The notes beneath the pieces were generated by a model. The model was not told where the DNA came from. It saw nothing but the letters and a program-made list of their open reading frames with translations, and ran no database searches. Of a stretch of DNA of 64,000 nt, positions 36,600-48,900 are shown one piece after another (position 1 is the stretch's first letter; each line of letters begins with the position of its first letter). A program made the position numbers and the translations under genes. Origin of the DNA: Macrostomum lignano (Eukaryota); contig NIVC01002411.1 of assembly GCA_002269645.1 (NCBI GenBank), forward strand, positions 1-64,000. The letters are read 5' to 3'.

Positions 36600-37851
36600 C
36601 CGATACAGACTCTACATTTAGTAGTCCCTGGCTAACGGATCGCTTCAACTAAGCTGCCAATTAATATAAATAAAAAACTAGGTTCAAAAAACTTATCTTA
36701 ACTACTGCAATAGAATTATTGAAAAATAGAAATCGAAAAAAGGAAAAGGAATAAAAAACTAGGAGAGAAAGGTGAAAAAACAAACTCTTACTGAGCTCAC
36801 TGAACTGACAGACAGTTTGAAATGCGGCTCCCCGGGATTGCCAGGCTACAGGGAGCCGGCCTGTCTGTAAGGCAGCTTAAAAGGGTGGAAAAAAAGCAAA
36901 CACGGGTGACCCGGCGTGTTTGAGACGCTAACAATTAAGGCACAAGTGGGGGGGGGGGGTAGCCCCACACCTCACACTGCGCACCTGGAGTCTGGTGAAT
37001 GCAACACACAAAAGACTCGAAGAAGGCCTATTGTCAGACGGATAAAACTCGCTCCCTAACTTGCCACATCCATAGGGTTTACTTCTCAGCCAGTTGAGAG
37101 AATATCGCCGACATTATAAAAATTTGTTCTGCGCAAATTGTCCCAATCCTAAGCTTATGTCATCCATGCCAGCCCCCCCGTCACATCCTCAATAGAATTG
37201 ACACGTGGATCGGGGACACGGAGAGCATAGCTATCGCACTCAGCTAATTAGAGATACGGTTTTTACACTACACACAGAGCTACTGCCTGCAACTGTCAAC
37301 TTTCCATTGCTGTAAGGCTAGAAGGACCTGTCAGACAGGAAACAAAGGAAAAGACACAAAACCACATTGAAGCCGGAGTGGAAAAGCAAAATTTGGCCAC
37401 CCAGCAAATGAAGAAGAAGAATGCATTCGAGTGGCGTGCGCGATTCAAGATTCGCCCGCCAGATCCCAACGGCCAGCCACCCACCCACACACAGCAGCAG
37501 CAGTGCAGCGGGTTCGATTCCTCTTTGGCAAGCTGACAGCTGACAAGGTCAAGACAAGCCGAATGAGAGGATTGCCGGTGAAACAAAGAAACGAAGACAA
37601 AAATTGCTAGGCAATATGCTGGGTTGCATAGCAATATGACAAGCAGAGAGAATAGGAGGGAAAAACATAAGCTGGAATGCGACTTGCGGCTTTATGGAAT
37701 TGGAAAGCTGGGGGATAGACACCTTTGGGCCAAGTGTGCCGCCAGCCCCCTCTTACTGTGCTGTGCGGCTTCTGCTCGCAGGCACAGCTGGCAGTCATGC
37801 TGAGGGCAACAGCGGCCCCCAATCTCCACTCTAATTGCAGAGCGGGAAAAT

Positions 37852-40518
37852 GGAAGATATCAGGGAGAATCAGAGAGAGATATCAGGGAGAATCAGAGAG
37901 AGATATCAGGGAGAATCAGAGAGAGATATCAGGGAGAATCAGAGAGAGATATCAGGGAGAATCAGAGAGAGATATCAGGGAGAATCAGAGAGAGAGATAT
38001 CAGGGAGAATCAGAGAGAGATATCAGGGAGAATCAGAGAGAGATATCAGGGAGAATCAGGGAGAATCAGAGAGAATCAGAGAGATATCAGGGAGAATCAG
38101 AGAGAGATATCAGGGAGAATCAGAGAGATATCAGGGAGAATCAGAGAGATATCAGGGAGAATCAGGGAGAATCAGGGAAAATCAGGGAGAATCAGAATCA
38201 GAGAGAGATATCAGGGAGAATCAAAGAGAATCAGTGAGAATCAAGGAGAATCAGAGAGAATCAGAGAGAATCGGGGAGAATCAGGGAGAATCAGGGAAAA
38301 TCAGAGAGATATCAGGGAGAATCAAAGAGAATCAGTGAGAATCAAGGAGAATCAGGGAGAATCAGAGAGAATCGGGGAGAATCAGGGAGAATCAGGGAAA
38401 ATCAGGGAGAATCAGAATCAGAGAGAGATATCAGGGAGAATCAAAGAGAATCAGTGAGAATCAAGGAGAATCAGAGAGAATCAGAGAGAATCGGGGAGAA
38501 TCAGGGAGAATCAGAGAGATATCAGGGAGAATCAGAGAGATATCAGGGAGAATCAGGGAGAATCAGAGAGAATCGGGGAGAATCAGAGATATCAGTGAGA
38601 ATTAGACAGAATCGGGGAGAATCAGAGATATCAGGGAGAATTAAGGAAAATCAGCGAGGGATATCAGTGAGAATCAAAGAGAATCAGTGAGAATCAAGGA
38701 GAATCAAGGAGAATCAAGGAGAATCAAGGAGAATCAAGGAGAATCAAGGAGAATCAAGGAGAATCAAGGAGAATCAAGGAGAATCAGAGAGAATCAGGGA
38801 GAATCAGAGAGATATCAGGGAGAATCAAGGAGAGATATTAGGGAGAATCAGGGAGAATCAGGGAAAATCAGGGAGAATCGGGGAGAATCAGAGAGAATCA
38901 GGGAGAATCAAGGAAAATCAGGGAGAATCAGGGAGAGATATCAGGGAGAATCAGGGAGAATCAGAGAGAATCAGAGAGATATCAGGGAGAATCAGGGAGA
39001 ATCAAAGAGAATCAAAGAGAGATATTAGGGAGAATCAGGGAGAATCAGGGAAAATCAGGGAGAATCGGGGAGAATCAGAGAGAATCAGGGAGAATCAAGG
39101 AAAATCAGGGAGAATCAGAGAGAGATATCAGGGAGAATCAGGGAGAATCAGAGAGAATCAGAGAGATATCCGGGAGAATCAGGGAGAATCAGGGAGAATC
39201 AGAGAGAATCAGAGAGATATCAGGGAGAATCAGGGAGAATCAGAGAGAATCAGAGAGATATCAGGGAGAATCAGAGAGAATCAGGGAGAGATATCAGGGA
39301 GAATCAGGGAGAATCAGAAAGAATCAGAGAGAATCAGGGAGAGATATCAGGGAGAATCAGGGAGAATCAGAGAGAATCAGGGAGAGATATCAGGGAGAAT
39401 CAGAGAGAATCAGGGAGAATCAGAGAGAATCAGGGAGAATCAGAGAGAATCAGGGAGAGATATCAGGGAGAATCAGAGAGATATCAGAGAGATATCAGAG
39501 AGAATCAGGGAGAATCAGAGAGAATCAGAGAGATATCAGAGAGAATCAGGGAGAATCAGAGAGAATCAGAGAGAATCAGGGAGAGATATCAGGGAGAATC
39601 AGGGAGAATCAGTGAGAATCAGAGAGAATCAGGGAGAGATATCAGGGAGAATCAGAGAGATATCAGAGAGATATCAGAGAGAATCAGGGAGAATCAGAGA
39701 GAATCAAGGAGAGATATTAGGGAGAATCAGGGAGAATCAGGGAAAATCAGGGAGAATCGGGGAGAATCAGAGAGAATCAGGGAGAATCAAGGAAAATCAG
39801 GGAGAATCAGGGAGAGATATCAGGGAGAATCAGGGAGAATCAGAGAGAATCAGAGAGATATCAGGGAGAATCAGGGAGAATCAAAGAGAATCAAAGAGAG
39901 ATATTAGGGAGAATCAGGGAGAATCAGGGAAAATCAGGGAGAATCGGGGAGAATCAGAGAGAATCAGGGAGAATCAAGGAAAATCAGGGAGAATCAGAGA
40001 GAGATATCAGGGAGAATCAGGGAGAATCAGAGAGAATCAGAGAGATATCCGGGAGAATCAGGGAGAATCAGAGAGAATCAGAGAGATATCAGGGAGAATC
40101 AGGGAGAATCAGAGAGAATCAGAGAGATATCAGGGAGAATCAGAGAGAATCAGAGAGAATCAGGGAGAGATATCAGGGAGAATCAGAGAGAATCAGGGAG
40201 AATCAGAGAGAATCAGGGAGAGATATCAGGGAGAATCAGAGAGATATCAGAGAGATATCAGAGAGAATCAGGGAGAATCAGAGAGAATCAGAGAGATATC
40301 AGAGAGAATCAGGGAGAATCAGAGAGAATCAGAGAGAATCAGGGAGAGATATCAGGGAGAATCAGGGAGAATCAGAGAGAATCAGGGAGAGATATCAGGG
40401 AGAATCAGAGAGAATCAGGGAGAATCAGAGAGAATCAGGGAGAATCAGAGAGAATCAGGGAGAATCAGAGAGAATCAGGGAGAATCAGGGGGAATCAGAG
40501 AGAATCAGGGAGAATCAG
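37852..40518. repeat. GAGAATCAG(G/A)-based compound minisatellite
   Basis: Visible; ends ~35 nt from the E78 exon 1 donor. Confidence 0.97.
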
Positions 40519-40552
40519 AACAAAACATCTGAAAGCAAGGCCTGAAACTGAC

Positions 40553-41536
40553 CAGCGAGCAGTGCCGGGTGCCAGGCAGCTGGGCCAGTCGGACATCGCA
40601 GTAGGCGCTGGCCGCCCGAAACGCCTGATGAACGGAAGCGGCCAGTTGGCGCTGACTGGCGTCTTCGTCTGGGTCCGGCTTGCGCGGCTGGTGTTGGAGC
40701 TGCTGCTGAAGCTGGTGCCGGGGCTGGTGCTGCTGCTGATAGTGCTGCTGCGGATGCTGATAGCCCTGCTGACAAGTTGGCGGCCGAAGCAGCTGCTGTT
40801 GAAACTGTGGCGGCGGCGGCGGCGCCTCAACGATCCCAGCAGGCCGAGTCGCCGGAGCGGCCGCGGGCGTCGACGTTGGAGCTGACGAGGCCGACGCCGC
40901 GGTGGCCGTCGTAGTTGTGGACACTCGGCCGTAGCGCACGGAGTCCTTGGACATGCCGGCCGACAGGCACTTTCGGAATCTGCAGTGCTGGCAGCGATTG
41001 CGATTGACTCGAATGACGGGACATCGGCCGTCGCGCAGGCATTTGTACTGAATCTGCTTCTGTATGCTGCGCCTAAAGAAGCCTTTGCAGCCTTCGCAGG
41101 AGATCACGCCGTAGTGATAGCCGCTGGCCTTGTCGCCGCACACTTTGCACGGCGTGAAGGAGCCGCCGCTGCCGCCGCCGTTGCCATTGGTAACGCTGCC
41201 GATGTCGGGATCAGGCTGTCGGTGACTGACTCTCTGCTGCTGATCCGGGTGCTTCTGGATGCATTGATAAGCGGCTGGTGGGACGGCGTGCAGCGCCGGC
41301 TGCGGCTGGTGAGGCGGCGGCGGCGGCGGTGGCGGCGGCGCAGGCGGTGGAGGCGCCTGCCGTCGGCACAGAGGAATCAGCGCTGCCAGCGGCGAAGTAG
41401 TCGGAGGCGGCGCTGCGGATGCCGATTCGGACGCCGCCGATGTTGATACCGCCGACGAGATTGAAGCCGTTGCCATGTGAGCCGCGGCAGCTGCGGCCTG
41501 GTGATGAGGATGGTGATGATGGTAGTCCCAGCTCAT
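40553..41536 (-). CDS. E78: Nuclear receptor E78-like, exon with A/B region, C4 zinc-finger DBD and hinge/H1
   Basis: [43 protein letters not shown]...[27 protein letters not shown] matches the E78 DBD; phase-0 donor CTG|GTCAGT. From the first ATG (41536), exons of 984+400+377 nt give 587 codons. An upstream exon cannot be excluded. Confidence 0.92.
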
Positions 41537-41830
41537 AGTAGTGGTTGCTGCTACTAGAAGACTCGGCAGTCCGTCAACGGCCGCGGCCTCGGCTGTTGGG
41601 ACCAAATGGCGGGCATTGTTGGCGGCCAGTTGCCAACTGGAAAAGTATTCGGATTGATAATAAGATTCTGGAGCCTTCTAGTCTAGGTTGCTGTAGATGG
41701 AAGTTCAGAAAAAATATATCAAATCAAATTTAAAAGCAAATCGAACAGCCGCATACCTTGGGAGAATTGCTGTTTAAATAAAAAAGAGTTTTTATTTATA
41801 AGATTTTCTCAGTGGGGTCGGGGACCGCGC

Positions 41831-41880
41831 CTGATTGGCCGCCAATGGGGGCTGGGGAAGCTGAACTCGGGGCCAATTAT
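41831..41880 (-). promoter_or_regulatory. Cluster of CCAAT boxes upstream of E78 (possible promoter)
   Basis: CTGATTGGCCGCCAATGG and GGCCAATT ~300 nt upstream of the ATG; motif-only evidence. Confidence 0.3.
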
Positions 41881-44800
41881 AACAGCTGCTTTGCGGTGTT
41901 GGCCATATATGGGAGTTTTTATGCGCAAATATGCTTAACTCACTACTAAAAATCCCATTTACTGTATTCAGTAATAAGCAAGACAAAGGAAATATCCTAT
42001 ATCTTGTAAATTATATCATAGAATGCCTCCCTAAAATGCACATTTTCAATAAGGTAAGATTAGCCCATGCCCACTGACTATAATATTTTTGTTATACTTT
42101 GGTACTTCTAGCAAATTTTATGCCAATTTAGCAAAGCAGACAAGCTTTTCTATGGAATTTGATCTTTAGTTTAAATAGGGAACAGTTGACCCCCTGACTT
42201 CCTCAGATGGCTCATCCAATATACAATAGTTACAGAATGATCTCAGATGACCCCCTCCCCAATTTCTTTTATTCTTAAATCTTGATTCCTTTAGAAGTAA
42301 TAGATATTTTATAGTATAGACTCCTAGTCTCTGTCAAAAGCACTCTTCTCTTCTTAATTAACCTCTAGCCAAAATAGCAATAGTCATTTTTATATCTACT
42401 ATCCTATATTTAGGATTCAGACACTCAGTTTAAAAAAAAATTGTTTAAACATTCAAAGCCTAAAAAAATGTGTTTTCAGTAAATTATATATTTGGCTTTT
42501 TATTAGGTCCAAACCAAAAGAGTCATAAAGAGATATAACAATAAATTTTTAGTTTTAAATATTGTCAAGTTGTTGTTTTCAAAAGAAAAATTATTGTTCA
42601 TTATTTTTTGGAAACTATTTTGCATACAATAGTATTTCTTAGTATTCAACAGTGTGCAAGTCAAAATGGGATATAATATTGATATATATATAGTTATGGT
42701 CTAGGGTCAAGGACTATTCAATTCTTGAGAATTGACTAGTCCCTGTCTAGGGTATGCACTTATGCAATTGCAAGATATGTAATAAATGTTTAACTTTAAT
42801 CTTGACTTATGGCTACTTATCTTAATAATTTTAATTTGGTTGCTTACTTAACTTTTATTATTTCTTTTTTAGTTATTAACTAATATAATATGACTAAACT
42901 TGACTTGAAAAAAATAATTTTAGCTTAAAAAACAGTTCAAATAAAGAAAATGCAGTTTTTGCACCTAGCTAAATATTTATACTAAATATTTATAACAGAA
43001 ATATATGTTCTAAATGCATTTAATTAAAAATAATTAATGATTTAAATTTTATTACTCATAATTTATAAATTAGTGAGGCTTTTCATATTGCTTGTTCTGG
43101 TTCTAGAACCAAAACCAATTTGTAAAGTATAACTTTCTGTCTCTTTAACTAGAGGGATATGCTTGCTATAAACTTTTAATTATTGAATGAAAATCGCCAA
43201 GAAGAAAGTGAAAAATTGTGCAAAGTGACGCTGTTAAGGCAGTCAAATATTAACAGGTTAAATAGTTATACTGCTGTTTTTCTTGAAAGATCCGAACCGA
43301 TTCTGGTTCTGGAATTAGTAATGTGAAGAGGCTTAGTGAATTTTAATAATGTGAATGTTTGATAAATGTTTTTAAGAATTAATGCTAAATGTTTTCAAAC
43401 ATTAATTTAAAAGTATCAAATTTATGCGTTTTCATTAAGAGTGCAATAAATGTTTAAAAATTAAAATATTTTTCTATTAAATAATTTGATAAACATTTCA
43501 TGATTTAATACGATTCTGTACAAATGTACATGTAATGCAAATGTAAATGTACATAAATGTACAAAAATCGTTTTCATGATGTTGCAAGTTTTTTTTAAGA
43601 GCAGCATTTATTAATTTGGAAGGTTACTGAAAACAAAGCATCAAAACCCAAATTTTTTTTTCGTAAAGAACTACAAAGTACAAAGTTCAAAGTAAGTATC
43701 ATGACTTCATAAAAATATCCGATCTTTTAATTTACTTTGCAACGTTTTCTTAGTTTTTTCCTCTTTTAAAAAGTTACCGATTTTATATACTAAAACAAAA
43801 CAACAGTGCGCACTGCAAGTTACAAAAGCTTTTATAGTTCAGTAAAGCAAAAAATACAGTTTTGTACAAAGATAAAAAGGAAATACAAGTAACAATAGCA
43901 CCTTTAACACTAGAAAAATAGTGATCAAATTCAATCAGAGATCTTATTTAAAATTATTGTTTAATGTGATCATTATTATTCCGCACGGGCCACATTTTAT
44001 ATATAGATGGGTTCAGTTTTTAAAGCATATTTTAGTACATTGAAATAAAGCCTAACAGTTTTTCTCAGTCTTTTTAGATGTTCATCATCCAGCATGTCAG
44101 CAATCCTCGGCTCTATGCTAAAATAAATAATTTTTATAATTTTATAATAATTTTTATAATAAATAATTTTTTTTAAAAATAAATATAGCTCTATGCTATA
44201 TTATACCATTAAGCCTAATTGCACTATTGGAATATCACTGCCAAAAAGTGAAGTATGCAGCGCAGTGGTGACTATGTGGAGAAGCCTCACAACAATGTTG
44301 ATGATTAACTTTTGACTGTTATTTCCTCAGCTTTCATGTTGTGGATGTTTTGTTGAATCGTTAAATGTTTCATTGTTTCATGCATTAGGTACGAAGCTTT
44401 GGTCTATGGCAATTTGTAAAAGTAACATAGGGGGTAGGGCAGAAAAGTGCTCATATTTCAAGAATGCCAGCAGATACAGAAATAAGCAGAAAGTCATTTT
44501 AATGGGCAGATAATTCTCTTTTCAACTGTAAACGACTTAATATTTCTGATCAGTCAGAAAAGGCTATAGTGAAGAAAGTGTACCGACTTTTGGGACCCCT
44601 CGTCCCAAATTTAATTGTAAATGTTCCTTTAAATTATTTTGCATTTTTATAATGTTTTGAACTTTTCAATTTGGGCTGTTTGCCAATCGACAAGTAGTAG
44701 ACAAATAATATAGTATCCTATGATATAATCCCTAGTGTTTCAAAAAAAATCTAGCCTTAGAGGTAAGGCTAGGTTATTATAAAATAAAAGAGTGCTTCAA

Positions 44801-45621
44801 TTTTGGCTAAGTTAATTAGTAAATATGGCAAAGTAAAAATCTCCCAAAAATCATATTTTTTTTTAGATACCAATAGCAAATGCATTGCCTTACCTAGGGT
44901 TGTTAATAACAATTTAGTGGCTTTTACTTTACCCTATTGTAGCAAATGGCCATTTTTAGAAAGGTATGTAGTATAGATTCACTTGGTAATAGTTTTGTAT
45001 GTAGCAATAAGCATCAGGATATATGCATGCAAAGGATATAAGAGCACATGAGAAGAGGTGGATACAAGAATATACTCATTTGCAAAGATGGAAGTGCAAA
45101 GGTATATATAGAAAAGATCAATATTTAGCATAAGAAGAAGTATCTAGGTCTACTAGTAATGCAATTTAAAGTGGTATATACATAGCTAAAATAATATTAT
45201 AATAGGCCCAAAAGATAATAATTAAGAAAAGAAGATAGCATGTTGTAAAAATAATTGGCTATGCACTATATCATAATATTAATAGAACTTACTAGCAATC
45301 TACGCCCCCCCCGTTGGGGAGCTAGCAGGGACTAGGAACAACAGGCCCAGGCGCCTGGCCGCGCCATGGAGTCACCCTTGCCAGTTGCGCTCATGCCGTC
45401 ACTCAGTGGGACGCTGCGCGCTGCGCTGACCTCTGCAAGTCCCTGCTATGATGAACTTTGCTGCCACAGCCGAAGCGCAGCCATCCAAGCCAACCATACA
45501 TGCGCAACCTCCAAAATTCGGTCGGCCGTGCGACTTAGTTTTAACAAAAATGCGACGTAGTTTTTGGCCAAAAATGCGACTTACATGTAAAAAAACCCTA
45601 AAGCAAAATTAACGCAACTTT

Positions 45622-45685
45622 GGGTAAACGGCAGGAGTAACTATGACTGTTTTATTAAGCCAAAATGCCTCGTCAGCTACTTAGT
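45622..45685 (+). rRNA. Isolated degenerate 28S rRNA fragment (domain IV, R2/I-PpoI target region); not a functional rRNA gene
   Basis: GGGTAAACGGCAGGAGTAACTATGACT matches conserved 28S at 26/27; AGCCAAAATGCCTCGTCAGCTACTTAGT matches with 2 mismatches plus 1 insertion; the central CTCTTAAGGT is replaced by GTTTTATTA. Confidence 0.85.
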
Positions 45686-45979
45686 ACTACTACTTGGGTA
45701 TTTTTTTAGGTGGACATTTTTGCGACTTCCTTGGTTGGCTGCCAAATCAGTCGGCCGGATCGGCCGACTCGGCCGACTGTTGCGCACGTATGAAGCCAAC
45801 CGAGGTCATCCGTGGCCTGGTAATCTGGCCGCGATGCCAGGTGTTAGCACTATTTGCACAGGTGTGCAAATAAAGTGGCTCCATACTGTAAATAATAAAA
45901 GCAAATCTTAAGTAATTTTTAATGCCAGTATATATCTATACTATAAAGCTTAGATGGAAGCTATTGAATGACATTGTAT

Positions 45980-48900
45980 GGTTGAATCCAAAAAATGATA
46001 CAGAAGTAGTATACCGTAATTTTTTAGTGCAATATATTGTTCTTCTTAGTTGTTTTAGGAAGCAAACATACTAGGAAAGCAACATACAAAGTCTTATGCA
46101 CAAGATAAGTATATCCCCAGAAATAAATGCACTTTTTTATTTTGAGAGTGTCCATAAGTAGACACAAGGTGTTGGTAAGTGGACAGAAGGCGTTGGTAAG
46201 TAGACAGAAGGCGTCGGTAAGTGGACAAAAGGCATCAGTAAGTGGACAAGAAGCGCTGGTGAGTGGACAAGAAGCGCCAGTGAGTGGACATTGATTACTT
46301 ATTACCATAGACACACTGCATTCGACAATGCTAAGAGTTAATTATGATTTAGATGTGACATGTATTTGTTTTTTCATTAAGAAAAAACAAAATGGCAAAC
46401 TGAAAAGTGTAAAAAGTAATGAATGCTGTACAGTATCTAGTTTATTTTCAATGCAAAAAATTTGTACATATAAAGGCAAACATAATAAACTTTTTTGAAA
46501 AAAGGCTTTTAATTCACCAGCGTTGGTACAAGTGTAGGCAATACAGAAATAAAAAAGTTGCATAAACTGTAGTTTAGAAGGCATTATTATACAGTTCTTC
46601 AATCCGCTCAAACTCGTCTTCTTCCAAGCAATAAATCAAACATTGTGACGTTGACGACCTTGGAGCTATTCTTGGCGGCGCTCTGCAAACTGCCAGAATA
46701 GTATACCAGTATACCATTGCAGGTCCTTCTTACTTTGCCAGGTGAACCTGTGAAGAGAGTCAATTGTTTTTAACTTCGACTTGCATTTTGGTCAGCTGTG
46801 TAGTGCTCATGAAAGACACGTGAATGTTGTCATTGCGTTTTTCTCGAACTTCACCCAAAAACCAGCAGGTTTTGTAGTTGACAGCAACAAATGTGCTGAC
46901 GGTCACTACTGGCACTTCAAGTGGCACAATGCATTTAACATTTACTTCCACAGTCTTGGCTTCATTCGAACTGGCTGTCAGTGGGTTAGGGCTCCAGCTC
47001 TGACAGTGAAAACACAGACAACCAGCTGCCGCATTGGCAGGCTAAATTGCGTTATATAATGCCTGCTGGCATCCCCTCCACTTGATAGGTCTTAAGGATT
47101 CTGTTCAGCGACAATACCTTGGCCTTGGCGAGAATGGCTTTAAAGGTGTCGATGCTTTCAGAGGTGACAGAGGTGATAAAGAAATCTGTAAATGATCTCT
47201 AGCTTATTGCATTTTACAATGCAAGATTTTAAACAATTTTGAAATGGCTTACTGGAGGAAGCAAAACTTGCGACTCGTGGAGACCACCATTTATTACCGC
47301 TTCCACGTCTGTCTGTCTGGCCACGGGAGACAACTTCGTTGCAGCGGCGCTTGATAGCTGCCCCCACTCTATCCGGTGCACCTTTCCCATGTCCGGCTTC
47401 GCTGAAGAGCCACTGCCAGTGAGAAATTCCCATGGCCACCATCTCGTGTTGAAATAAGTACATTGTGTACCTATTTCTATATTGAGAGGACGGCGAGTCG
47501 GAGATCATAGTGACCCGCCTGAGCTCACACAAGGTCCAGCAGTGTTCCAGAACTGGCTGAAGGTGTGCCAGCACAGCTTCAGCAACCTTGCTGCAATTTG
47601 ATGACAGCGTGGCAAAGGCAAGATTGCATAGCATTACACAATACCTACCTTCATGTACAACACGCCCTGATGAATGACCACCTTGGTGTGACTACCGTAG
47701 TGTGAGGATGTTGTCTCTTTGCCTGTCTTTCCAGTGTAATTTTCCAAAAAGTTGACATGCACTACAGCATGACCTTCCTCCAGTGTTGATTGGATGGAGC
47801 GCATGAAACGAAATTGATGCTTGATGCGGTAATAGTGGCTAGAGTACTTCTTCAGCATCAGCTAGAAGGAGTTTAATGCCACAGCCAAGTCGTCGCATCT
47901 CTATCAATGAACTTTTTTGTGATATATTGTTTCAAATAAAGGTCAACACTTTTATCTACCACTAGTCGCTGCATATGATCTTTTAAATGGGTACTTTAAA
48001 ACTGAATTAGCAAACATAGTGCAAAAAACCTACCTGAATGCACTGAGTCGACTTGGAATTATTTTTGTTGAACATCAGGGTCCACTGATAATAGGTTAGC
48101 CGCAGAGGTGCAGTGTTGGTCAATTGAATCAGAAAACTCTTCTGGCTGCATTCTAAGCACTCGTAGCAGACAAGCAGCAGGTGCATCGCGGCCACACAAG
48201 ATGCTCTCCATGAGCTGGTGCTTAAGTTTTTTTCTGTTTTTAAAAGACATGAAATGCGTATTTTGAATTAAACAAAAGTGCATTTGAGAAAAATAGATAA
48301 AAAGTATACTCGACTTACATCAAGATTGCTGCACGTCATGCACAGGCAAATGTTACAGTCATTAAGCTTTGGCTAAACAATATAAAAAGGCCTTAAAGCA
48401 TAGAAAGTTGAATGGCCAATTGAGATGGTTGGATGTTCAGATTGAAACTTCTCAAACAAAACATCGATAGAGAAGTTAAGAAAACGCTTCTGCATTTTCT
48501 TCCCCTTATGCGTCTTTGTTTCGTTTGTGGAAGCAGTCATTTGTGAGTTGTCATCACATGTGAAGAACTCTTCAACAAGAACTTGACGCTTAAACTTTGC
48601 ACTGGCAGCTAGGCTGATGCTGTTTTTGTCAGTCTCCTTGAGGGTTCGATAGTCAATTCCAAGTCTTTGAACAAAGTAGCCATGGGCATAGTACATCAAT
48701 TCTATTTAATCACAAAAATTTAACATTTGAGAAACAAGCTTACCAGGCATTGCATGCGCTTTTTTAGCCATGAGACTTTAGTAACAAGCTTACTGTTCTC
48801 CCTTTTAAGCTCTTTACGTTTAGCCATTGCATGCTTTGCCTCACAAGAAAAGGCTGCAGCACTTCAATTTGTGGACTTTGCATCTCCAGTACTGGCAGCT

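Noticed and set aside
37725-40532. RENQ/GES-rich ORFs up to 306 aa
   Set aside because: Products of the GAGAATCAGG repeat.
42000-45300. AT-rich block with isolated hairpins (~44588, ~44751) as a possible Helitron
   Set aside because: No hairpin-CTRR terminus at the expected spacing and no Rep/helicase remnants.
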